From: Octopus sinensis
Taxonomy: Eukaryota
Length of the DNA: 64,000 nt
Reading direction: 5' to 3'
NCBI RefSeq assembly: GCF_006345805.1
Contig: NC_043003.1
Location: 7,378,001 to 7,442,000 of the forward strand
How positions within the stretch are numbered: the stretch's first letter is position 1; the number at the start of each line of letters is the position of its first letter. The position numbers were made by a program, and so were the translations under genes. This document shows positions 50,185-60,939 of this stretch, one piece after another. A model generated the notes under the pieces. That model saw only the letters and a program-made list of their open reading frames with translations, ran no database searches and was not told where the DNA came from.

Positions 50185-50396
50185 ATGCCTGCACCTCTTG
50201 CCACACAGCCACGCCTGTGCCTATATATACAAATTATAAAAATAATAAAAAAAATATACAGTACTGTTTCTACTTTGTGGATTTTCACCGGTCATGGGGG
50301 GTTTTGGAATGAAATACCTGTGACAGACGAGGGATTACTGTATATAGAAAATGCAGATTCTAATTAAACAACTCAGATAATTAGTAAGACACTAAC

Positions 50397-50563
50397 CCCT
50401 TTGATGAAATTGCTGATGTTGATTTTCTCATTCTGGGAGTGGGCCCCATCATCACAAGCACCCATGGGAAGCAGCAAAACATTTTTGTTAGTTGCTTGTT
50501 CCAGAGTGAGGGTCACTGGAATGCTACCGCCTTCACGGGTCATGTCAGGTTCTACGTCATACA
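50397..50563 (-). CDS. CNDP2: CNDP2 exon ([55 protein letters not shown])
   Basis: Acceptor ttccAG, donor GTTAGT. 167 nt (2 + 55 codons). Contains REGGSIP and the metal-ligand GAHSQNEK motif. Confidence 0.95.
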
Positions 50564-52015
50564 CTGGAAAAAACAAAAGAGAAATTAAACTTTAGTCACT
50601 GGGAAAATGGGGATCTTTGGTTTTAGGTATATATAATTGTGGAATTGATAATGAAACTGAAATAACCTGGGAAAATACAAAAGCAGACTTGGAATATTTT
50701 GAGTAAATGAAACGAATATTTAAATGCTTAAAAGTCACTTTTGTGAATGTCATTATTTTAAAATCATCATTATATATATATATATATATATCATCATCAT
50801 CATCGTTTAACGTTCGTTTTCCATGCTAGCATGGGTTGGACGGTTCGACCGGGGATCTGGGAAGCCAGAAGGCTGCACCAGGCTCCAGTCTTATCTGGCA
50901 ATGTTTCTACAGCTGGATGCCCTTCCTAACACCAACCACTCCGTGAGTGTAGTGGGTGCTTTTTACGTGCCACCTGCACAGGTGCCAGATGAGGCTGGCA
51001 ACGGCCATGGTCGGATTGGTGTATTTTATGTGCCACCGGCACGGAAGCCAGTCGAGGCGGTGCTGGCATCGGCCACGAGTCGGATAGTGCTTTTTACGTA
51101 CCTCCAGACCAGGGATCCTGGCTGGTTCAATTTGATTTCGATTGCCCCAACATGTCTTCGCAAGCAAAGGGGGTTGGCATGGGTGCCTGTCGTACGGTCG
51201 GATTGGTGTATTTTACGTGTCACCGGCACGGAAGCCAGTGGAGGTGGCGCTGGCATCGGCCACGAGTCGGATAGTGCTTTTTACGTACTACCAGACCAGG
51301 GATCCTGATATATATATATATATATATATCATCATCATCATTTAGCGTCCGCTTTCCATGCTAGCATGGGTTGGACGGTTCAACTGGGGTCTGTGAAGCT
51401 GGAAGGCTTCATCAGGCCCAGTCAGATCTGGCAGTGTTTCTACGGCTGGATGCCCTTCCTAACGCCAACCACTCCGTGAGTGTAGTGGGTGCTTTTTACG
51501 TGCCACCCGCACAGGTGCCAGACGGAGCTGGCAAACGGCCACAAACGGATGGTGCTTTTACGTGTCACCGGCACAGGGGCCAGGCGAGGCTATATATATA
51601 TATATCTGTCTCTCTCTTTACAGGGCCAGCCATCTCTACAATTAGTAAATGCTGTCAGATCTCAAAGGACTACAAAGTCTGGCTTTGGACAAGCAAAACC
51701 TTCTACAGATGTTACAAACATGTTCAGACTGCAAAGTATCTAGGATTAAGATCAAGATTATGTTTATATTTACAAAGTGCTTATTTCAAAATGAACAATT
51801 TTAAAATGTTTTTACAACCTTCTTGTCAGAGTAATTGATTTTCCGTTATCTGCTCCCAGGCTTCAACACCCACAATAAGAGCCTTGATGTTGTTCTTGAC
51901 AACACCCCTAAAATGTTTCTAAGGTTTGTGTCTCATGATTCCAGGGACGGAAATCATACACTTTCCAACCCCCTAACCATGCAGCTGTTTCAGGACTGTC
52001 CTTTCTGCTTTTGCT

Positions 52016-52310
52016 CTCGTGGCTTAGTGGTTAGGGCATTCGGCTCACGATTGTAAGGTTGTGAGTTCAATTCCCAGTGACGCGTTGTGTCCTTGAGCAA
52101 AACACTTTATTTCACGTTGCTCCAGTCCACTTAGCCGGCAAAAATGAGTTGTACCTGTATTTCAAAGGGCCAGCCTTGTCACACTGAATCTTCCTGAGAA
52201 CTACATTAAAGGTACACAGGTGTCTGTGGATTGCTCAGTCACTTGCACGTTTATTTCACGAGCAGGCTGTTTCGTTGATCGGATCAGCTGGGACCCTCGT
52301 TGCTGTAACC
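52016..52310 (+). mobile_element. SINE family D with the tail shared by family C copy 32415
   Basis: Head GGCTTAGTGGTTAGGGC...GAGTTCAATTCCC, then CCTTGAGCAAAACACTTT. Tail ...TTCACGAGCAGGCTG(T)T(C/T)CGTTGATCGGATC is shared with 32700-32780. Confidence 0.8.
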
Positions 52311-52568
52311 GGTTCACCATTACCATCTCTTGGATCACTGCTCTTTGTTCTTCTTTGGTGCTCATTGCCAGTGGGGTGGCCATGCTTATACAGTGAAGCT
52401 AGAAAGGCTCAAACTATGTTCACGTAACTACATTAGTACCAAATATAAGCATGTGTGTGCTGAAGGCAGTGTGACAATAATAAAGATATGTTATGGTGGA
52501 AGTGCGGATAATTTCTGACTTCCCCTTGTGTATCTGAAGTAAATGTATCCTTTATACTCCTATACAAA

Positions 52569-53244
52569 ATCTACAGAAACATCTACACACACATAAATAG
52601 AACTTAAAATGCCGAGAGTGTATTTGACAAGAGATAACCCCTCCCGCCTCTAAATCATAATCAACATATTTCATTATCTCATCCAATCAGAATGAAGCCC
52701 AATACACTGGCAATGTACAAACTGCATGCATTATAATAATAATAATAATGAAGTTATTGTATACAGTGTTCAGGTGCACCACAACTTATCAAAAGTGCGT
52801 ATAAGGCATATGCATTAATGCACAAATATCTGGGAAGTGAACAGTGTATGAGTCAGATACATGCTTGCGTGTGCATGGAGGGGAGAAAATCAGGTGTAGT
52901 GTTGGCGAATCTCAGAAAGCATGGAAGTTTCGAAGGATGCAGTGCTCCGACAACTAACAACTGATGCTGGCAGTTTGTTCATGCTTCAGCAACTCTTAGC
53001 GTGAAAAAGTGTTTCTGAAAGTCATGGAAGGAGCTGTGCTGTTTTCTGACTTTGTAAACATGTCCACGGGTGTTTGACAGGTGGAGTTTGAAAAGGTGCC
53101 AGTGTATTGGGCTTCATTCTGATTGGATGAGATAATGAAATATGTTGATTATGATTTAGAGGGGGGAGTGGTTATCTCTTATCAAATACATTCTTGGCAT
53201 TTTAAGTTATATTTATGTGTGCGTATGTAGATGTTTCTGTAGAT
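52569..53244. repeat. Long inverted repeat (arms 52569-52712 and 53097-53244)
   Basis: The inner ~60 bp of the arms are perfectly complementary; the outer parts have scattered mismatches. Confidence 0.92.
52733..53099 (-). mobile_element. CR1 family-2 3' end, enclosed by a long inverted repeat
   Basis: Near-identical to 28807-29172. Confidence 0.88.
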
Positions 53245-53500
53245 ATTGATATGAACTCAAACAGGAAAATATACAAATAGTATATCTTTTTATACGGCTT
53301 TGTTGAGGATGTAGAAATAATAACACAAAGTTAGTTACAACGAGAGAGGGGGGGGTATCTTTGTCTATATAGTCTTTATACCCTCACATATTCTTTGTTA
53401 ACAGTTACAGGTATTATATCATATGTAAATATGCGCAGACATGTATGCAGGTATATCTACACACATGACGACGGCGTAGTAGTAATATATATCCATTTAC

Positions 53501-53583
53501 CTTTCTGACAGGCTTTTTTAGCAGCATTGTAATTCTCGTGATTAAAATCACTGAGCCAAGCAGGACCACCACTACCAGTGACA
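53501..53583 (-). CDS. CNDP2: CNDP2 exon (VTGSGGPAWLSDFNHENYNAAKKACQK)
   Basis: Acceptor tttacAG, donor GTAAAT. 83 nt (1 + 27 codons + 1), with phases matching both neighbours. Corresponds to GGKPWVSDFxHPHY. Confidence 0.9.
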
Positions 53584-55057
53584 CTGTAAAGTAAAAAGAA
53601 AAAAAAAACATCATTACAGATGGGGCTTAAGAAACTTAAAGATGTCAACCTACCCCTTTGCCAACCCTGTATGTCACAGGAGATGCACAGGACGTATTTC
53701 CCTATTGTCCACACATCACATATGTCACACACTGTGAAGGTAAATGGCTTAATCGTCAGGGCATTTGGATCACAATCTTCAGGTCATGAGTTCAATTCCC
53801 AGCTGTGCATTGTGTCCTTGAGCAAGACACTTTATTTCCTGTTGCTCCAGTCCATTCAGCTTGTTTAACCCTTTTGATACTAACCCAGCTGAAACCGCCT
53901 CTGGCTCTGTAGTACAAATGTCTTGTTTTCATAAGTTTTGAATGAAAATCTTCCACCAAACCTTAGTCACAATTTATGTTCCTAACACTAGCTTAATGAT
54001 AACGAAGTTATTTTACTAAATTCTTTGTTGTATTTAAAGTAATTGAAAGAAACACAGAGCTCTCAAAATAAATACAATAACGAAAGGGTTAAACTGGCCA
54101 TGTCCAGCCAAAATATTCTACCTGCTTTATATTATAACTGACCATATTTGGCCCCTCACACCTACTCTACAATGTCATTCTAAAAATAAACTATCACATC
54201 ATCAAATTCTTGAAGCTATAAAACAATTCATAATTAATTCAAGGAATCTGAATAAATAAGATTACATTTAAGAGAATAATTATTCCTACTCTAGGCAGAA
54301 GGCCTTGAAAATTTCTTTTGGGGAAGGGGGATAGTCGATTATATCAACCCAAGTATGTAACCCCGAAAGGATGAAAGGTGAAGTCAACCTCAGAGGAATT
54401 TGAACTCAGAATGTAGTGGCAGACGAATTACTGCCAAGCATTTCGCCCAGCATGTTAACCATTCTGCCAGCTCGCCGCCTTTAACAGAATAATCTGAATG
54501 ATAAAGGGTTAATTGAGCTTCTCACTTGGGGGTCACAATTCCACCCCACCCCATGATTTCCCTGTTTCATTCTTGCATTTATTGGCACATTGGTGTATCA
54601 GATGACAAATGCCTCTGAGAGTATTGAAGGGTGGGGAGATGTGAAACACATCTAACCCGTGCCAGCATGAAAAAATGGACATGATACAACTGATACAATG
54701 ATGATGATGATGATGAGGTTTTATGGGAAGTGGAAACATGGTGCTGCTCTTCAGTAATTATTATAAGCCTGATATTGTTCAGACATGATGTTGTGAGCCG
54801 ACAGAGAGCTATATTAATACTATAGCTCTCAAACCTTTCTTTAAACAAACACTGATTTACATCAACAACACTTCTGAATATCCAATCATAATAAAATAAA
54901 GACTACTGCACTCTGTTGATGCAGTAAAATGGTTGGTAAGAGATTGGGTGCCCAGCTGTAAAAACCATCGAAAGTAAAAACGAAAATATGAAGGAACAAA
55001 GGGAGATAATACAGGATAGAGGAGACTCTTTAGTCTAATGTGAACAACCTGAATAGT

Positions 55058-55225
55058 TAGTAAGTTAGTTAATTTTTGGTTCAAAAGCAAATAGCAGGGA
55101 CATGGAGTTAAGTACAGGGTGGTGTTCATGTAAAGAGTTCAGGCCACTTGAGGTCAAGGGAGACTTTGAACAAAGCGGTCGTCAGCATCTTCACCATCTC
55201 GTCTGGCAGCTTGTTCCACGGATGT
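55058..55225 (-). mobile_element. Short 3' end of the same CR1 family as 20161-21161
   Basis: PWNKLPDEMV...LFKVSLDLKWPELFT* plus the same 3' UTR and TAAC-type tail. Confidence 0.88.
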
Positions 55226-55348
55226 TGGTATGATAAAATACAATGTTGAAAAGTGATAGGAAGAATATAAAGGTGTAAAATATATGCCTGAAATGATGAT
55301 ATACACAGCCACCAAGATGGCTGTTCTTTCTTGTTTCTGTATGTCTTA

Positions 55349-55694
55349 GATACACTCGCCTCCTTATGAGAGCTCAAAATCTCTCGTGGAAGCGTCATCC
55401 AACCAAAGTACAAATATATGGGAAACTACCACCAGTATCATCTCTTGTGAAAGGTAAGAGAGTCCAGTTTGCTGGACATTGTTGTAGAGCTGCAAACGAG
55501 GTAATTTCTACTCTTCTTCTCTGGAAGCCATCTGCTCGCGATACCAGAGGGCGCACACTCTCCTACCCTGATGTAATCTCCAGGGATACAGGCATCCAGC
55601 AACAGGACCTCCGTAATGCTATGATGGACCGTGAAGTCTGGCGTAACATAGTAAGTTCCATTGTCTCGATCATGGTCGAACAATGATGATGATG
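55349..55694 (+). mobile_element. RTE/RTEX-like LINE 3' end
   Basis: YTRLLMRAQNLSWKRHPTK...RVQFAGHCCRA...LLLWKP...AMMDREVWRNIV, then a (TGA)n tail. Confidence 0.82.
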
Positions 55695-56762
55695 TCTTAG
55701 ATTATGAAAAAACTAGGACATGAGGCAGCACTGCATTTAACCGATACTGCTATGGAAAAACAGATAGTTATGATAGTTTTCCCTCATCTAATCTAGATAA
55801 TCCCAGAGTAAATACACTCCAAAACAGCATTAATAGCTTTATTAATTAAATAGCAATTCTGAGCCAATTTGTCGACTGCCTCTAAATAAACAAGGAGCAA
55901 CGAGTAGGCTACCATCAGAACAGCTTGGACATGTGACTCAAGCACCCAGTGCACTCTGTAAGGTGGTTGGCATTGGGAAGGGCATCCAGCTGTAGAAACC
56001 ATGCCAAAATCAATATGGAATCTGGTGTTGCTCCTGGTTGTGCCAACCCCTGCCAATCCATCCAACCCATGCCAGCATGGAAAATGGACATAAAACAATG
56101 ATGATGACAACTTTAATTCCTATTGCCTAAAACTCAAACAAATGAAAAGTTTATTGAGACAGAGTTTGATCTACAAACTGACAAGTTATGTATCAATATC
56201 TTGTATTTTCACTTCCATTAGCCTCCAAATTAAAGACTCAAAGCACACGATATTATAATGAACGGAGTCCTTCTACTGGAGAGTCAGAAAAATTTCGTTT
56301 TTTCCTATTTATTGTAATCCTTTCCAATGTTATTTGAATTAACATGAAAAATATTTTTATGGTAGTGTTTTGGGGTTTTTTTTTGTCACTCTATTCTTCT
56401 ACAACTTTTGTTTAATCATCATCATTTAACATCCGTGTTCCATGCTAGTATGGGTGGAACAATACCACAAGAGCCGACCAGGCCAAAGCCTGCACCAGAC
56501 TTCTGTAACTGTTTTTGGCAGGATGCCCTTCCTTCCTAACACCAACCACTCAGCAATGTTTTTGAAATTTGAATAAATTTTACCTCTTTTCAAACAAATG
56601 GTAAAAGTGGAGTAAAGATTGTTTGCCAACATAACATGGCAGTCCTGGTTTAGGACGAATGTTGGTGTAATTTAACCCCAGGAGACATTGTCTTCAGCTA
56701 GCTATACGACACGATCTGTGTCCTTATATTTCCAAACAAGGGAATCTAGATTCCCTTGTTTG

Positions 56763-56812
<50 letters not shown>

Positions 56813-57011
56813 ATATATATAATATATAAGGACACAGATCGTGTTGTAAAGCCAGCTGGAGACAATCTTTCCTCCAAAGTACTGTTGTTGAATATCTCTC
56901 ATTATGAGATTTAAAAATAGTAATTTTCAAATGGTGAAAGTGTCCAATAAAAAAAATAAAAGACAAATAAAATTATCTTACAATCCTAAAACAACAAATG
57001 CTAACGCTTAC

Positions 57012-57183
57012 TTGAGTTTGTTTGGTGAGCCTCTTGTCTTGTGGCAATTCTCCAAATAGGATTTTGCCAATTTTGTCACTTCATCAGGAGTTTGGTTTGG
57101 CACTATACGAATGGAGAACTTTCCGGTCACTTTTCTGGGAATAACAGTCTTTGCACCTGGTTCACTGAAAGCCCCTTCAATAC
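57012..57183 (-). CDS. CNDP2: CNDP2 exon ([32 protein letters not shown]...GSPNKL)
   Basis: Acceptor ccttAG, donor GTAAGC. 172 nt (2 + 56 codons + 2). Highly conserved GIEGAF...[14 protein letters not shown] motif. Confidence 0.95.
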
Positions 57184-57404
57184 CTAAGGAAAAAACAAGA
57201 AACAAAATAAAATTTGGTATAACAAAGCACAATGACTGTGTTTCGTTGTATTAAAATTATCAAATGATTGAAATAAGCCATATTTGATCAGAGATGGGGA
57301 CAAATAAAGTAGGATTTTTAGGGTTACTATAACGACATGAACAAATATAGTGTAAGAAAGTGCTTACTAGCAGAACTAGATGTAAAACATTTCAAAGAGT
57401 TTAA

Positions 57405-57623
57405 CCCTTTAGTGTTCTGATTATTGTATCAAACATAATGCTTATTGATTCACATTGATTTTAATTAACCATGCATTATCTCATATCTTCAAGATCTTGA
57501 TGGTGTAATTACTTAATGTAGAATAACATTGTAGGGTAGGTGTGAGAGCCTGGATCTGGTCAGTTTGAACATAAAACAGATTAAATATTTTGGCCGGATA
57601 TGGCCGGTTTAAATACCAAAGGG
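57405..57623. mobile_element. piggyBac-like MITE family B (~220 bp); also 32331-32945 and partial copies near 24840-25050, 46770-46970, 47350-47487, 54093-54508
   Basis: TTAA|CCCTTTAGTGTT...AATACCAAAGGG|TTAA. Confidence 0.82.
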
Positions 57624-58053
57624 TTAAAGAACAGGACAAAATATGGGAAATAGATGTGCAACAGGTGGTTTCCAAGAGGAGTTAGTTCCGAAGAACAGAT
57701 ATTGATCATGTGATATATCTTGGTTAAGGGGTTTAAATATTACCAGTAGCATGGTTTGAGATCATAATATCCAGACCAGTCAATAGCTCAGTGGTGCTGT
57801 CCACCCTACCAAGGAGCATGCTGCTCCTTCCTGGTGAGAGATGTTTCTATACAGAACCCTCTACACTCAACCCCTAAAATTTCTCTCATGTGCTGGCTCC
57901 AAGTGCCACACCCTGGCACACTGCCTCAGCTGGGAAGCTGAATCACAAGGAGTGGTGTTGACACTGCACAACTAGGCAAGGGTGGAGCAATCTCAAGAAG
58001 ATAGATCTTGGTTAAGGGCTCTAAATACCAGTAGCAGAGTTTGAGATAATACC

Positions 58054-58294
58054 TATTTCTTTACTACCCACAAGGGGCTAAACACAGGGGACAAACAAGG
58101 ACAGACAAACGGATTAAGTCGATTATATCGACCCTAGTGTGTAACAGACAAACGGATTAAGTCGATTAATCGACCCCGAAAGGATGAATGGCAAAGTTGA
58201 CCTCGGCGGAATTTGAACTCAGAACGTAGCAGCAGACGAAATACTCCTAAGCATCTCGCCCGGTGTGCTAACTTTTCTGCCAGCTCGCCGCCTT
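58054..58294 (-). mobile_element. SINE family B
   Basis: TSD TTTGAGATAATACC (58040-58053) / TTTGATATAATACC (58299-58312). Confidence 0.85.
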
Positions 58295-58864
58295 ATACTT
58301 TGATATAATACCATTTAGACCAGTCAATAGTCCAAAACCTTTATTTTTCTGTCTTATGTGACAGAGTTAATTGCCTGACTTTCCAAAATGAGAAGTAGAC
58401 CCTCAAGTTATAAACCCATCTTCACTTGAGAGGGATGAGAAATTATGGTTTTTGACTTTCATACCTTTTGCCAGAGAATTAGATGAATAAATTGTTACAA
58501 AGCTGACGAGTAAAACTTGGCTAATTAGGAGATTAATCTCTTATTATGTGGCTTCTACCACCAGCAAGTTATATTTTAATTAATGAAAAAAAATAAAATA
58601 GGAAAAGGTGAGTTACTGATGGCTCAATCATTCTGACTAAACACTATAGTAATGAATCATGCAAAGACACTTGACTCTCAAATCCACTTGCAAGGGTTTT
58701 GTTGGTCCAGGGCTACAGTAGAAGACCCTTGTCCACAGTGTCATGTAGTAGGACTGAACCTAAGCCCACACGGTTGGAAAGCAAGCTGCTTAACCACACA
58801 GCCACACCGAAATTAATATAAAGTTTATAAGTACATCAATAAATATCAAGAGTAAGAGGTTTAC

Positions 58865-58964
58865 CATGAAGTGAGAGAGATGGGTGTCGCCACCTATGTT
58901 TCAGAATTTCATCCTTTGATGAATGCATGAGTTTTTCACAGCCAATATCTTTACGGTAGTCCTC
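58865..58964 (-). CDS. CNDP2: CNDP2 exon (EDYRKDIGCEKLMHSSKDEILKHRWRHPSLSLH-G)
   Basis: Found by manual reading; absent from the ORF track. Acceptor tgtacAG, donor GTAAAC. 100 nt, phase 0 to 1. Matches CNDP2 HRWRYPSLSLHG. Confidence 0.93.
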
Positions 58965-59088
58965 CTGTACAAAGATTAAATAAGAGAGAGAATCACAAAT
59001 ACAGGTCCACATACATATACAAGGTGGATGGCAGAAATAAGGGTTTGGTCAGCACATTAATCCCTTTTGTGATTACGTTTCTAATGAG

Positions 59089-59490
59089 TTACTCTTTACT
59101 TGTTTCAGTCATTTGACTGCGGCCATGCTGGAGCACCGCCTTTAGTCAAGGAAATCGTTCCCCCAGGACTTATTCTTTGTAAGCCTAGTACTTATTCTAT
59201 CGGTCTCTTTTTCCGAACCGCTAAGTAACAGGGACGTAAACAAACTAGCATCGGTTGTCAAGCAATGTTTGGGTGGGGGGAAAAAAAAAACACACAAACA
59301 TATATACACATATATATACATATATACGATGGGCTTCTTTCAGTTTCCGTCTACCAAATCCACTTACAAGGCTTTGGTTGGCCTGAGGCTATAGTAGAAG
59401 ACACTTGCCCAAGGTTCCACGCAGTGGGACTGAACCCGGAACCATGTGGTTCGTAAGCAAGCTACTTACCACACAGCCACTCCTGCGCCT
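59089..59490 (-). mobile_element. SINE family A, full length
   Basis: Head ends ...ACTCCTGCGCCT at 59490. Confidence 0.86.
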
Positions 59491-60794
59491 GTTGACTGTT
59501 TTTCAATTGATACTCAATATAATCAAGGTTTTAGAGGTAATTAGCAAAAAATCTCTAAGTCAGAAGCAACGACCGATTCCTTTGGCATTATGTTGTGCTT
59601 GAGAAGAAGACCCCCTCATGCCATGTAGACCCACAGTCGTGGCATATACTGGTGGCACGTAAAAGTTCTCATTACACTCTTGGAGTGGTTGGCGTTAGGA
59701 AGGGCATCCAACTGTAGAAACTATGCCAAAAAAGACTGGAGTCTGGTGCAGCCTTCCAGCCCTGGTCAAACCGTCCAACCCATGCCAGGATGGACAACAG
59801 CTGTTAAATAATGAGGATGATATAAACATATAAAATATTCTATAATTATATGAAAAGGTTTTTTTAACGTACTGACTACTTGGTAAAATTATTAATTAAT
59901 TAATTTAACTCTATATTATAGTATGTATATATATATATATATATTATATACTGTTTATTTATTATTATGTATTTTTTGTGATCTAGATAAATGTTTTATA
60001 TATTTTATTTTTTTCTATATGATATGCTTTATGTCTATCATTGTTTGAATTACATAATAGTGGTTTTTCTCTAGCCCAGACTGGGCCTGGCGCAGCCTTC
60101 TGGCTTCCCAGACCCCAGTTGAACCCATGCTAGCATGGAAAATGGACGTTAAACGATGATGATGATATATATACACACACATACACATAATTTTACTTAG
60201 GTAAGTATAAAGCGTAATATTAATCAATGAATGACAAAAGGACAGAAGTCACATAATTGCCTTCATTAGCTTACACTTGTTTCTATTGTAAGTAGCAGTG
60301 ACCTGAAAGCCAAGTGCTGGTGCAACATTCTATAGCTTCCTGACTAACTGAAATCTCATGTTATCATGCACGTTACTATAAGACTCTGATTAGTGGTCTC
60401 AGAGAGGTTGTGTAATTCTTTATGATTCTGTCAATTCTTTCATTGCCACCCTTTGCCAACTCCTTCAATTGACATTTTTTGTCTTTAGGTAAGTCCAGAA
60501 ACAACCCCCACCACCACAAAAAAAAAAAAAAAATTCAAATTTTGTATGGAAGCACCTAGAGATAAATAATACTTGAAATAATTTCCTGTTTTCAATGCCA
60601 AAGTCATATTCAAAGGTGTAACTTTTGATAACAGATTCCATTCTAAACAGGTGTCATTAACGAGAGTTTCCTACCTGGAGCAATGCATTTGAGGGGCTGT
60701 TGAACTAGACTTCAGCCCAAAACCCTCACGGTCAGCACATCAAGACTTTTACTTTGTCGAGACAAAAAAGAAGAGTAAAAGACGTGAGGCTTAC

Positions 60795-60939
60795 CAAATC
60801 AAAATCAATACTGCCATACAAGGAATTTTCTTCTGAAGTGATTGATTTCACAGAATCATAAATTCCTGGAATCTGGATACGACCATTCAAATCAACCAAA
60901 GAATTCATCAAAAAGATAAGGTCACTCATTGCTTCATGA
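60795..60939 (-). CDS. CNDP2: Cytosolic non-specific dipeptidase (M20A) exon (HEAMSDLIFLMNSLVDLNGRIQIPGIYDSV...IDFDL)
   Basis: Minus-strand acceptor AG at 60941-60940, donor GTAAG from 60794. 145 nt (1 nt + 48 codons). Matches CNDP2 HEAMxDL...IPGI...DFD. Confidence 0.93.

Noticed and set aside
343-60939. Functional linkage of a zinc exporter and a metallodipeptidase
   Set aside because: The genes are convergent and ~39 kb apart, with no shared promoter in view; adjacency alone is not evidence.
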